This document shows positions 18,359-27,775 of a stretch of 56,370 nt of DNA, one piece after another. The position numbers and the translations under genes were made by a program. The stretch's first letter is position 1, and each line of letters opens with the position of its first letter. The DNA is from an uncultured Psychrobacter sp. (GTDB taxonomy: Bacteria; Pseudomonadota; Gammaproteobacteria; Pseudomonadales; Moraxellaceae): the NCBI GenBank assembly GCA_913061175.1, contig CAJXUF010000001.1:1-56370 (forward strand), written 5' to 3'. The notes under the pieces were generated by a model. That model was not told the DNA's origin, did not search any database, and saw only the letters and a list, made by a program, of their open reading frames with translations.

Positions 18359-18670
18359 ATGGCAGCAATTATAAGTCAACCAAGAACACATCTTATAGAT
18401 ACGGATAAGTATTTCAGAGATGCAGCTAAAAGCGGCTTATTGATAAATTTTAGAACGCCAGTAGCAAAAGGCACGTACCCAAAGTGGGGCGTTGACCATC
18501 CAACCATGGCTATTGGCGACAATCTAGAATTTGTTACCAAGCATGATGCAAGCAGGTTCGTAGTATTTAACAAAGAGCATCACTACAAGATCACAAACAT
18601 AACGCTTGAGCGCGACGTAGACACACATGAGTGGAACTGGTGCATAGAGTTTGGGAGTAATAAAGAATGA
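18359..18670 (+). CDS. hypothetical phage protein (ATG 18359)
   Basis: AAGGGG RBS; coupled to replication gene. Confidence 0.6.
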   Translation: MAAIISQPRTHLIDTDKYFRDAAKSGLLINFRTPVAKGTYPKWGVDHPTMAIGDNLEFVTKHDASRFVVFNKEHHYKITNITLERDVDTHEWNWCIEFGSNKE

Positions 18671-19569
18671 GTAATTTACTAATTAATGAGCCACCACTAC
18701 AGGTACTCCCTTCATTGGCAGCAGCTATCGGTCTAAATGAAGCACTTTTACTACAGCAACTACATTACTGGTTAAGACACGCCAAAGTTGAGCACGACGG
18801 CAAGATGTGGATTTATAAAAACTTAGATAAATGGAAGGAGCAAGATTTTCCATTTTGGTCAAAAAACACAATTAGACGAGCGGTAAAAAGTCTAAACGAT
18901 AAAGATTTGATTTTAGTTGAAAAACTGGCGCCAAACTCTTTTGACCGAGTTAATCACTACACAATCAACTATCCAGAATTGATGAAAATCGAACTAAAAC
19001 AACGCCAAACGCCCACCGCTAGCGAACAGCCCAAAATGGGCGCATCGAGTAGTGCAGATTGGGCGCAGGAACAGCCCAAAATGGGCGCATCTGAACAGCC
19101 CAAAATGGGCGCATCTCTAAGAGAACAACAAGAGACTAATAAAGAGAGTGGGCACACACAAAAGATTGAAGGTGATGTGTTAGCAGTTAGAGATCAAAAC
19201 GCTGAATCAATTATGAACTGGCAACAACCATCAAAAGAAACAATGCAATCACTGTTAATGATGGCAGGTAAAAAGCTCGATATGACAGATAACCAGTATT
19301 TATCTCATGTTAGTGACTTTAAGGCTTATTACGAGGAAGCAGCAGCAGAAGGTAAGCCAATCAAGCGTGAAAACCTAAGACAAGCAAAATTGAAACTATG
19401 GTTGATAAGTATTGCTGACAGACAGCCAAAGCAAGACGCTGAGACAGTCAACAGACCACACAGCAACCGTAGTGATTCATTCAATCAAAGCAGTGGTCCT
19501 AAGTTGACCAGAGAGCAGCAGATTGAGAAAAACAAACAAGCAATGCAGCAAGCGGGGTTACCAGTATGA
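18667..19569 (+). CDS. replication initiator (lambda O-like)
   Basis: LLINEPPLQVLPSLA..IGLNEA..LQQLHYW N-terminus; internal iterons; upstream of DnaB. Confidence 0.88.
   Translation: MSNLLINEPPLQVLPSLAAAIGLNEALLLQQLHYWLRHAKVEHDGKMWIYKNLDKWKEQDFPFWSKNTIRRAVKSLNDKDLILVEKLAPNSFDRVNHYTINYPELMKIELKQRQTPTASEQPKMGASSSADWAQEQPKMGASEQPKMGASLREQQETNKESGHTQKIEGDVLAVRDQNAESIMNWQQPSKETMQSLLMMAGKKLDMTDNQYLSHVSDFKAYYEEAAAEGKPIKRENLRQAKLKLWLISIADRQPKQDAETVNRPHSNRSDSFNQSSGPKLTREQQIEKNKQAMQQAGLPV
19024..19115 (+). repeat. replication origin iterons
   Basis: GAACAGCCCAAAATGGGCGCATC at 19024, 19069, 19093 plus a degenerate copy at 19047; followed by A-rich tract. Confidence 0.85.
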
Positions 19570-20957
19570 GCTTTCACAATATCGACTTAGAAAAATCAGT
19601 TATTGCCTCACTACTTAGTATCGAAGGCTCGTTGGACCATGTGTCAACCATTATCGATCATGAGGATTTTGCAGCAGACCGCCATAAGACAATATTCAGG
19701 TGCGTTCGGTCCCTAAATGAGCAGGGCCTACCGTATGACAGCGTAATGGTCCATGACTGGTTAGAAGCCAACAAATTAGTAGAGGCAACAGGTGGTGAGG
19801 GTTATATCGCTGAAATCCTAGTCACCAGTCCGTCAACGCTTTTCAATCTGAAAGCCTACGCTGAGCGCATTAGAGATTTATCACAGCATAGAGCAATGGA
19901 CCGTCTATTAGTCCAAGCGCGTGAGGACCTAAAGAATCCTGATTTAAGACTGGACGATAAGGTCAACACAGCCATCGAGAGTATGACCAAGGTGATTGAC
20001 ACCAAAAAGATTAACGGTGGTGCGCGCACGGTCGGCTCAATGATGGATGCGTTCTTTGACAATCTACAAGCAGCAGGACGCGGTGAGATTCTACCATTCA
20101 AGCCAACAGGTATCGAAGAAGTGGATGCACAAGCCCCTATCCAAAATGGGGACCTTGTGATTGTCGGGGCACGTCCTTCAATGGGTAAAACCACATTTGC
20201 ACAAACCTTGGTCCAAAACATGGTTGAGCATGACTTCTACACAGACAAAGACGACAACTACAAGCGACGCGCTGGTGTGTTCTTTAGCATCGAAATGACG
20301 GATGAATCTGTGGTCCAACGCTTTATGGCCTCAAAGTCAGGTGTTCAGCTTAACAAAATTCGTAGTGGGACCAATGTAGAGACAGAGGATTGGCAGAACC
20401 TTACTCGCACAGTAGGCGACTATCGTGACAATTACCCAATGTTTATCGAATCACAGCCAGCGATGACTATTCCGCAAATGCGAACCACGCTTAATAAGAT
20501 TCGCAATACTCACGGTGAGATTGGCGTAATCATGGTCGATTACATCCAGATCATGGGTGAGGCCAAAGGTAAAGATGCGGGCCAAAAGGCCAATGCCATT
20601 GGTGAGATTGCAAAAGAGCTTAAACGGTTCGGTAAAGAGTTTAATTGTCCAGTTATCGCACTGTCACAGCTTAACCGTAGTTTAGAGAGCCGCCCAAACA
20701 AGCGGCCCATAATGAGCGACCTAAAAGAGTCAGGGGCTATTGAGGAAAATGCAGACGTGATTATGTTTCTCTACCGTGACGAGGTTTATAACGAAAATTC
20801 AGAACACAAAGGAATTGCTGAAGTCGGAGTGGCTAAAAACCGCCAAGGGCCAGTTGGGACCGTAAGACTAGCATTTGAAGGCGAGTTCAGCCGCTTTAGT
20901 AATTTACTGCCAAGTTATCACACGGACTCAATACCTGCCTATGGGAGCGAATCATGA
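19566..20957 (+). CDS. dnaB: replicative DNA helicase DnaB (phage)
   Basis: GARPSMGKT, FSIEM, VDYIQI, LSQLNR, SDLKESGAIEENAD, KNRQG. Confidence 0.95.
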   Translation: MSFHNIDLEKSVIASLLSIEGSLDHVSTIIDHEDFAADRHKTIFRCVRSLNEQGLPYDSVMVHDWLEANKLVEATGGEGYIAEILVTSPSTLFNLKAYAERIRDLSQHRAMDRLLVQAREDLKNPDLRLDDKVNTAIESMTKVIDTKKINGGARTVGSMMDAFFDNLQAAGRGEILPFKPTGIEEVDAQAPIQNGDLVIVGARPSMGKTTFAQTLVQNMVEHDFYTDKDDNYKRRAGVFFSIEMTDESVVQRFMASKSGVQLNKIRSGTNVETEDWQNLTRTVGDYRDNYPMFIESQPAMTIPQMRTTLNKIRNTHGEIGVIMVDYIQIMGEAKGKDAGQKANAIGEIAKELKRFGKEFNCPVIALSQLNRSLESRPNKRPIMSDLKESGAIEENADVIMFLYRDEVYNENSEHKGIAEVGVAKNRQGPVGTVRLAFEGEFSRFSNLLPSYHTDSIPAYGSES

Positions 20958-21121
20958 TTACTCAAACCAAAAGCCAGTTATTCCCTGACCCATTCGATGA
21001 GCCTAACCGCTACTGGCACATGATTATGAATTGTCCAGTGACGAAGGAGTACAAGAAGCGCCAACAACTACGCGCAGTCGGATTAGATTTTGATATTGAG
21101 CCAGTGGAGACAGCAGCATGA
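20954..21121 (+). CDS. 55-aa hypothetical protein (not in ORF track)
   Basis: MITQTKSQLF...VETAA; ATGA coupling at both ends. Confidence 0.55.
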   Translation: MITQTKSQLFPDPFDEPNRYWHMIMNCPVTKEYKKRQQLRAVGLDFDIEPVETAA

Positions 21122-21474
21122 GCGATAAGAAAAAAGCATTTAAACCAGTATTCGATGGCTATTTCAAGATATTCCTACACGACGACGATTACAAGAAGGC
21201 AGCCGATAGAGCGCAATTTACAGGTCAGTGGATAGCAAGCAGACGCAAGCGGATTATGAAGAAAGATCGCAAGTTTCAAGTCACGCTGCACATCATGGAC
21301 ACGGACGGCCACAAGCGCGGATTGCAAAGCATGGTTTTTAGAGACAAAGGCGGTAAAGGTGATTTGTCAAAAGTGATATTCGAGTTTGGTAATGATTTCG
21401 TCGATGAACTGAGAGCTGGTGACAAAGATTTGAAAGTGGATTTGGTTAACAGCTATGCGGTGGTTCGCGCATGA
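21118..21474 (+). CDS. hypothetical phage protein
   Basis: GGAG RBS; coupled ORF. Confidence 0.6.
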   Translation: MSDKKKAFKPVFDGYFKIFLHDDDYKKAADRAQFTGQWIASRRKRIMKKDRKFQVTLHIMDTDGHKRGLQSMVFRDKGGKGDLSKVIFEFGNDFVDELRAGDKDLKVDLVNSYAVVRA

Positions 21475-21508
21475 ATATTCAATTAGCAGAATTACGGAGA
21501 TTGAGCGC

Positions 21509-21898
21509 ATGAAAGAACTAAAAGACTTAAAAGGATTTTGGATTAGAAAGAATAAAAACGTTCAGGTTAGGTGTCTGGTTAACTTCAACACTGATGAAGA
21601 AAGACGAATCCTAGTTTGCTTTCGCAATGGTCATCAGAAATACATGAGTAAAGAGCAGCTTCTATCAGAATTTATCAATCTTGACGATTTTTTGGCAAGA
21701 GTGTCAAAGGGTACGAAGTGGGTGGACAGAAAATCTGCGTATCTAAAACAAGAGGCGCAATCTTTTGTTGTTTGCGAGGTGTGCTTGCGTAAAGGGGTGG
21801 TCATCTATCAGCCCAAAAGCACTGCGCCAAGCGGGAAGTATCAGACAACCATAGGCCACTTTGATACTAAGTTTCAGCCTGAGAAAGGTGAAGAGTGA
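21509..21898 (+). CDS. hypothetical protein with two small SH3-like (DUF4222-like) repeats
   Basis: GFWI...V and GTKWV...VIY...F..KF; GGAG before ATG 21509. Confidence 0.55.
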   Translation: MKELKDLKGFWIRKNKNVQVRCLVNFNTDEERRILVCFRNGHQKYMSKEQLLSEFINLDDFLARVSKGTKWVDRKSAYLKQEAQSFVVCEVCLRKGVVIYQPKSTAPSGKYQTTIGHFDTKFQPEKGEE

Positions 21899-22033
21899 CA
21901 GCATGAAAAACATAATCAACAAAAAGACGGTGCAGCACACGGAATGGAAAACATCGCAGACCGTGACGATCACCTACACGGACGGCTCAAAAGAAACGAT
22001 GAGTCGCAAGAGTTTTAACCAGATTATTAAGGA

Positions 22034-22348
22034 TTGATGATGGATATTTTCAAAACAAATTTAAAGGATAGCGTCCATTGGTTGAAAGTTGCCATGCGTC
22101 AAGCTCAGTCGGATATCAAGAAAAACAACACAGAGGTAAAAAACCTAAAGCTAGCGGTCGATAAATTAAATAAAGGTGATTCCGCAGAGTTGAATGACTT
22201 GATTATCGCAGCTAGGGATTTGCGTCAAGCGTCAAAGGATTATGACGATAGCAACGACTGCGGGGAAATGTACTACGCAGAGCGAATTAGCGGTCCAGTC
22301 GATTTGCTCATTGATGCGCTGGACAACTACGAGGGAGGCGGTAAGTAA
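22034..22348 (+). CDS. hypothetical coiled-coil protein
   Basis: AAGGA RBS. Confidence 0.55.
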   Translation: MMMDIFKTNLKDSVHWLKVAMRQAQSDIKKNNTEVKNLKLAVDKLNKGDSAELNDLIIAARDLRQASKDYDDSNDCGEMYYAERISGPVDLLIDALDNYEGGGK

Positions 22349-22719
22349 TGAATGAGCTATCAGAGCAGCAAATCCAAAACAAGATTGTCCGTGACGCAAA
22401 GCAAATACCGTACAAGGGCAGAACGCTATCAGATTACATCGTCCATGTGCCAAATGGCGGTAAGCGGCCAAAAAGAACAGCAGCAGGTCTTAAACATGGT
22501 GGAGTGCGAAAAGGTTACCCAGACTTAATCGTGGACATAGCTCGTAATGGCTACCACGGCTTGCGTATTGAGCTTAAAGATGAAAGTGGTGGCATTGCCT
22601 CAGACGAGCAAAAGGAACGCTTACAAATGCTCTCGGACGAGGGCTATCTAGCGGTGATACGAAGTGGTTATCAGGCAGCGTTTGACGAGATATTGGATTA
22701 TATGGGGATTAACCAATGA
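22348..22719 (+). CDS. VRR-NUC domain nuclease
   Basis: HVPNGG, GVRKGYPDL, IELK, Q...L..L..EGY. Confidence 0.88.
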   Translation: MNELSEQQIQNKIVRDAKQIPYKGRTLSDYIVHVPNGGKRPKRTAAGLKHGGVRKGYPDLIVDIARNGYHGLRIELKDESGGIASDEQKERLQMLSDEGYLAVIRSGYQAAFDEILDYMGINQ

Positions 22720-23045
22720 ACATCGAATTACTAAAGCAGCTTAAAAAAGACACGGACGCAGCGATTAAAGCTGAAAACGATTACACAAGGAAGTCTGAAC
22801 GTTGCCGATTGCTGGGTATGGACGCTAGCGATAAGCAAAGAGCTAAGGCGACCAGTGCAATGCACGAAGCAGCGTTTGATTGCAGACGATGTGAGGATAA
22901 CTTACATGCGACGCTTGTTGACTTAGAAATGACACCGATTGGCAGCCGTGGACGGTACGAGCCAAGACAAAGACCGCAAGGTAACGGTGGTATTAACGCA
23001 CAGATGATGTATGCACCGCGAAAACCGCAAGCATTGCAAAAATAA
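22716..23045 (+). CDS. hypothetical phage protein
   Basis: coupled ORF. Confidence 0.55.
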   Translation: MNIELLKQLKKDTDAAIKAENDYTRKSERCRLLGMDASDKQRAKATSAMHEAAFDCRRCEDNLHATLVDLEMTPIGSRGRYEPRQRPQGNGGINAQMMYAPRKPQALQK

Positions 23046-23134
23046 CAAGGGTACACGCTGAGTAAATCGCTTTTAGATGCAAAGGTACTACAAGTGATTT
23101 GCGAGGCTTAAAACGACAAATAAAGGCGGGCGAA

Positions 23135-23305
23135 ATGATTGAAGTCGGACAGACATGGATTGAGCAAGCGACAGGCGATGAAGTCGTGATTGATTGGATA
23201 AGCGACGAGCTTGTGAGCTACTTGAAAGCTGGTGCAGAAAAAGCGGTCAGGACGGTGAGAAAGTTTGTATTCATGCAGGATTTTAGGAGCAAGGGCGATG
23301 AGTGA
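23135..23305 (+). CDS. small SH3-like (DUF4222-like) protein (ATG 23135)
   Basis: IEVGQTW...VVI...VSY...F..DF. Confidence 0.5.
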   Translation: MIEVGQTWIEQATGDEVVIDWISDELVSYLKAGAEKAVRTVRKFVFMQDFRSKGDE

Positions 23306-23990
23306 TAAAGCGATTGAGATTGGCGACTTTTGGATAACCAAGAAAAATCCGATTGAGTGTGAAGTAATTGGTCTTAAGCATGGCAATAAAGTGCCAATCA
23401 TTACGAGTTATTCAGCAGAGGATGATTGTACTGACAGTTGTACTCAGTACGAGTTTCTACGTGACTATGAGTTTTTGCGTAAAGGCAGCGATTCGGAGAG
23501 TGACAAAGATTGGGTTTGCTCAGGGTGTGATAAGCCAATAAGTGACTGCTTATGCTTGGTTGGTGACGATGACGATGACGATGTTGACATGGTAAACCAC
23601 CCGCCACACTACAAAGATGCAAGCGGAATTGAGTGCATCGAAGTGACTAAGCATATGAGTTTTTGCGGTGGTAACTGTTTCAAGTATCTGTATCGGGCTG
23701 GCAGCAAGGGCGATTTGCTTGAGGATTTAAAAAAGGCGATGTGGTATGCCGATTATGCAAGAGTTCACGAAGGGCGCATAGGTCTGTTTCAGCGACTCAA
23801 AATCTCCAAGAATATCAAGACTATTTCAAAGCATCGCTATTACCGAATTAGTAGCGTAATGGATTTAATCCTAAGTAGAGATTGGATGTGGGTTGCAACC
23901 GAAATCGACCACTTAATTCAAGATATTGAGTCAAGGGAGTCGTTAAGAGGCGAAAAGGTAACCTTAGAAAATGCAGGTAGTAATCTTTGA
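23298..23990 (+). CDS. DUF3310 domain protein with N-terminal extension (ATG 23298)
   Basis: DMVNHPPHY...IECIE...F.GGN.FKY..RAG.KG..LEDLKKAMWY. Confidence 0.8.
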   Translation: MSDKAIEIGDFWITKKNPIECEVIGLKHGNKVPIITSYSAEDDCTDSCTQYEFLRDYEFLRKGSDSESDKDWVCSGCDKPISDCLCLVGDDDDDDVDMVNHPPHYKDASGIECIEVTKHMSFCGGNCFKYLYRAGSKGDLLEDLKKAMWYADYARVHEGRIGLFQRLKISKNIKTISKHRYYRISSVMDLILSRDWMWVATEIDHLIQDIESRESLRGEKVTLENAGSNL

Positions 23991-24295
23991 GCAATAGAAA
24001 CCCAAAGCGGCTTGATGCTATCAGGGAGATGATTTGCTGTGCTTGCGGAGCTGATGCACCAAGTCAGGCCGCACACAGTAACTTCATGTGTCATGGCAAG
24101 GGTCGAGGTATCAAGGCTGATGATAAGTACACAATCCCTTTATGCGTAAATTGTCATCAAGGACTGGATCAGAACCTATCACAGCAGACAAGACAGCAGC
24201 AGTTGGATTGGTTTATCGAAAAGCTAGAAAGCACAAACGAGACATTAAAGAGGTTACAGGATGCAGCCATTCAAAACTATCCGGAAAGTTTTTAG
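23987..24295 (+). CDS. DUF968/Ref-like HNH-type nuclease (nin region)
   Basis: L.AIRE..CCACG, QAAH, G.G.KADD.YTIPLC..CH. Confidence 0.75.
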   Translation: MSNRNPKRLDAIREMICCACGADAPSQAAHSNFMCHGKGRGIKADDKYTIPLCVNCHQGLDQNLSQQTRQQQLDWFIEKLESTNETLKRLQDAAIQNYPESF

Positions 24296-24803
24296 AGTTA
24301 TCAGCATGGACGTGTTCACTAACCTGTGCACTTACGTCATGTCGATGTTCCAGGCGCACAAAGAAAATCAAGAAGTCGAAACGATAGTAACAGTTGAGGT
24401 GATGAGTAAAGAGCGCGCGCGTTCAGTCGCTCAGAACTCTCTTTACTGGAAGTGGGTAACAATCATTGGCGGTAAGGACGGCAACACCAAAGAGCAGCAG
24501 CACACGATATTGAAGCGCGCACACCTCGTTAAGATTTATCAGCGTGACGACTTAGAAACGGCTGAGACGGTGATTGTGCTAAACGAGGCTAAAAAGCACC
24601 TGAGTGCGCAAGAATATGAGCGACTAGCGCAGGGCGTGGCTAGGTTATTCAGCACTACCAAAGCGAGCACAAAACAAATGGGTGAATACTTGCATGAGAT
24701 ATACCACTTTTACAGCGCACAGGGTTTAGCGTTACCACAGCCTGATGACTATCAGTGGATTAGAGGCGACATCAACAACAAGACTACGGAGCAGGGCAAA
24801 TGA
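24261..24803 (+). CDS. NinB/YbcN-like recombination protein
   Basis: RS.AQNSLYWKW, STTKA...QM.EYL..I, G..LP.P. Confidence 0.75.
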   Translation: MQPFKTIRKVFRVISMDVFTNLCTYVMSMFQAHKENQEVETIVTVEVMSKERARSVAQNSLYWKWVTIIGGKDGNTKEQQHTILKRAHLVKIYQRDDLETAETVIVLNEAKKHLSAQEYERLAQGVARLFSTTKASTKQMGEYLHEIYHFYSAQGLALPQPDDYQWIRGDINNKTTEQGK

Positions 24804-25213
24804 GTGATTTATCTATAACGGATTTGATGTTTGCCTATGGTGCATGGGTAAATGATGATAACAGCGACTTAGGGTGTAAGAGTCCAAGTCTAATGCTCAT
24901 CAAGTCAGCACCTAAGCTGTGCAAGGATAGCGTAAAGCCGTCTAGTCGTCGCGTAGTGAGTTATATTAGCGATGAAGATGCACTAGCAGTCGATAGAGCA
25001 ATGAATGAGCTTGTGAACCATTCTGTGCATTTACACAACATCATCACTTATCACTTTATCTATAACTGGTCAGTAAAGAAGATAGCTGATGATTATTGGA
25101 GTCAGTTTGAATATCCATGTGGCAAAAGGAAAGCGACCAACTATCACGTTAATCCCTTGCTACATTACGCCATAGGCTTTCTTGCTAGAGAGTTAAGATG
25201 CGGTATAACTTGA
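24800..25213 (+). CDS. late antiterminator Q-like protein
   Basis: YGAWV, ISDEDALAVDRA motifs; directly upstream of PR'/tR'. Confidence 0.75.
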   Translation: MSDLSITDLMFAYGAWVNDDNSDLGCKSPSLMLIKSAPKLCKDSVKPSSRRVVSYISDEDALAVDRAMNELVNHSVHLHNIITYHFIYNWSVKKIADDYWSQFEYPCGKRKATNYHVNPLLHYAIGFLARELRCGIT

Positions 25214-25254
25214 CATTTTAAAACAACCTGATATAGTAGTGATATGCTTATGCT
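25210..25254 (+). promoter_or_regulatory. late promoter PR' with -10-like pause element
   Basis: TTGACA-16-TATAGT (25210-25237); TATGCT twice at 25243 and 25249. Confidence 0.7.
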
Positions 25255-25336
25255 ATCGCAGCGAAAGAAGCAAACTATTTAATACGCCCACCGCCTCTTT
25301 ATGGTTTAACCTTATACGTGGTGGCTATCCTATACC

Positions 25337-25367
25337 AAGTCCTACTCTAACGAGTGGGGCTTTTTTT
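25337..25367 (+). terminator. tR'-like terminator
   Basis: AAGTCCTACT-CTAACG-AGTGGGGCTTTTTTT. Confidence 0.8.
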
Positions 25368-25659
25368 ACGCCTATAATTTAGCGAGGGATTGCTATGCTG
25401 CCATTCATTCCGTACAGCAAAAGAAAAAATAAGCGCGAAGGGTGGGATGGAAAGCTACCCAATGGTGACGGCTGATGTGCAACTTATCTAATGATGAAGT
25501 GTTTGAGCGTTGGCAAGAGTGCAACAGGCGCAATGCTGAGCAAGGTGCTGACTACTGGTACGAGTTTATGACTAAGCGTTCTAAGCGCGGTGGTAAAGAT
25601 GCTGATAAAGCAAAGGCTACCGTTGATAGAATGGATAAGGCTAAATGACGAGGTGAGCG

Positions 25660-25854
25660 ATGAGCTGGTTAATTATTTATGCAGTGGTTATAACCTTTTA
25701 CGCGATAAACCAAAAATTAAATAACTCGCATTATATTGATAGTGTTGATAGGCATATGGACTTCTTGTCAATGACCTCCACTATCAGAGAAGACAGATTG
25801 GATTTAGCTAAGTCTAGATTAAAGAAGGGTTTTTGGTCTGACTTTGGTTTATAA
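25660..25854 (+). CDS. small membrane-anchored hypothetical protein
   Basis: GAGGTG RBS; N-terminal TM; followed by terminator 25862-25889. Confidence 0.55.
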   Translation: MSWLIIYAVVITFYAINQKLNNSHYIDSVDRHMDFLSMTSTIREDRLDLAKSRLKKGFWSDFGL

Positions 25855-25909
25855 CCACTTTGCCCACATTGATTTGATGGGCTTTTTTTATATTAACGCT
25901 GGAGGGCGT

Positions 25910-26401
25910 ATGAGTAATGATATGCCTGAGGGCGATAAGAGCAATGCAGGGCGAAAAACAGAGTACAAAGAAGAGTACAACAAGCAGGCTTACAAACTTT
26001 GTTTGCTTGGCTCAACCGATAAAGATATGGCTGATTTCTTTGAAGTTTCAGAGACAACGATCAACAACTGGAAGTTAAAGCATCCTGAATTTCTTGAGTC
26101 CATAAAAAGGGGCAAGATTTCAGCAGATGCAAATGTCGCTAGTCGATTGTATAAGCGTGCAATTGGCTATGAGCATGATGAGGATAAGATATTCAATAAC
26201 AATGGTGAGCCGCTGATTGTGCCAACCATCAAGCATGTGCAGCCTGATACGACAGCCGCTATCTTTTGGCTAAAGAATAGACAGCCTAAGATGTGGCGTG
26301 ATAGTCAGAATATTGACCATACCACAGGCGGCAAAGAGATTAAATCAGGCTTAGGCCACTTCTACGGCAGGGGCGATGATGAAGGAGACAGCGACACTTA
26401 A
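25910..26401 (+). CDS. terS: terminase small subunit (ATG 25910)
   Basis: GRKTEY...LCLLG.TD..MADFF.VSE.TINNWK HTH; PDTTAAIFWLKNR. Confidence 0.88.
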   Translation: MSNDMPEGDKSNAGRKTEYKEEYNKQAYKLCLLGSTDKDMADFFEVSETTINNWKLKHPEFLESIKRGKISADANVASRLYKRAIGYEHDEDKIFNNNGEPLIVPTIKHVQPDTTAAIFWLKNRQPKMWRDSQNIDHTTGGKEIKSGLGHFYGRGDDEGDSDT

Positions 26402-27767
26402 CCCAGCACTAGAGGATTTTTGGAAAGCACCTGCTCGCAATAGAATACTTAAAGGCGGCAGGGCATCATCTAAGTCATGGGATGCGGCAGGGTTTGCGAT
26501 ATTCTTAGCTAATAATTACAACCTACGCTTTCTATGCGCGAGGCAGATTCAGAACAAGATTGAGCAATCGGTTTATACACTGCTGAAAACACAGATTAAT
26601 AGATTCGGTCTACAAGATAACTTTGATATACAGGTCAACAAGATTGTAAACAAAGTGACTGGCACTGAATTTATGTTTTATGGCTTATGGCGGAACATTG
26701 AAGAAATACGTTCACTAGAAGGTATTGATGTTTGTTGGATAGAAGAAGCGCACTCATTAACCGCTAAGCAGTGGGAAATACTTGAGCCAACAGTGCGTAA
26801 AGACTACTCGCAGTTTTGGATATTGTTTAACCCTGATTTGGTTAGCGACTTTGTTTATCAAAACTTTGTCGTTAATACGCCACCAGATACCATCGTTCGG
26901 CATATCAATTTTGATGAAAATCCGTTCTTATCTGACACGATATTAAAAGTTATTGAAGCCAAGCGCGTAAGCGACTATGAGGATTTTGAGCACGTTTACT
27001 TAGGTGCTGTTAAGTCTGATGATCAGTTAGCAATTATCAAACGCTCATGGGTCAGTGCGGCTATTGATGCGCATATCAAGCTAGGATTTGAGCCGTCAGG
27101 TGCTAAGACGCTAGGTTATGACGTAGCGGATGCAGGTGAGGATAAGAACGCCACAGTGGGCGCACATGGCTCGGTATTGTTATCTATTGATGAATGGAAA
27201 GGTGGAGAGGATGAGCTACTTAAGAGTTGTACTCGTGCTTATGGTACTGCTAAAGATACCAATGCCAAAATCATCTATGACTCAATCGGTGTGGGCGCAA
27301 GTGCAGGGGCTAAGTTTGAGGAATTAAACAAACATCCTGATAACTTGAACGTGCCTGATATTGAATACGCTAAGTTTGTTGCAGGTGCAGGGGTGGCGAA
27401 TCCTGATCAAGAATACACAATCGATAAGCTCAACAAAGATATGTTTGCCAACTTAAAGGCGCAAGCATGGTGGGATGTAGCAAGGCGGTTAAAGAACGTT
27501 AAAGATGCGATTGATAACAGTACGGTTTACGACCCTAGCGACCTGATAAGTATATCTAGCGAGATTGGTGATGACTATATCGAGCAGCTAAAGAACGAAT
27601 TATCGACACCAAGGCAGGATAGAGACAGCGCAGGAAAGGTTAAGGTTGAAAGTAAGTCTGACCTCAAAAAGCGCGGTATCGACTCACCTAACGTGGCTGA
27701 CGCTGCAATCATGGCCTTATCGCCACATTTAACCAAGCAGCCAGCCGTCACCATGTTTGATTTATAG
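26376..27767 (+). CDS. terL: terminase large subunit (PBSX-like)
   Basis: GGRASSKS Walker A, WIEEA Walker B, FNP, GYDVAD, YDSIGVG, SPNVADA. Confidence 0.93.
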   Translation: MMKETATLNPALEDFWKAPARNRILKGGRASSKSWDAAGFAIFLANNYNLRFLCARQIQNKIEQSVYTLLKTQINRFGLQDNFDIQVNKIVNKVTGTEFMFYGLWRNIEEIRSLEGIDVCWIEEAHSLTAKQWEILEPTVRKDYSQFWILFNPDLVSDFVYQNFVVNTPPDTIVRHINFDENPFLSDTILKVIEAKRVSDYEDFEHVYLGAVKSDDQLAIIKRSWVSAAIDAHIKLGFEPSGAKTLGYDVADAGEDKNATVGAHGSVLLSIDEWKGGEDELLKSCTRAYGTAKDTNAKIIYDSIGVGASAGAKFEELNKHPDNLNVPDIEYAKFVAGAGVANPDQEYTIDKLNKDMFANLKAQAWWDVARRLKNVKDAIDNSTVYDPSDLISISSEIGDDYIEQLKNELSTPRQDRDSAGKVKVESKSDLKKRGIDSPNVADAAIMALSPHLTKQPAVTMFDL

Positions 27768-27775
27768 GAATAGCA

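Noticed and set aside
25213-25660. Phage tRNA genes after Q
   Set aside because: No cloverleaf with T-loop GTTCRA and acceptor stem found by eye; tRNAscan-SE would settle it
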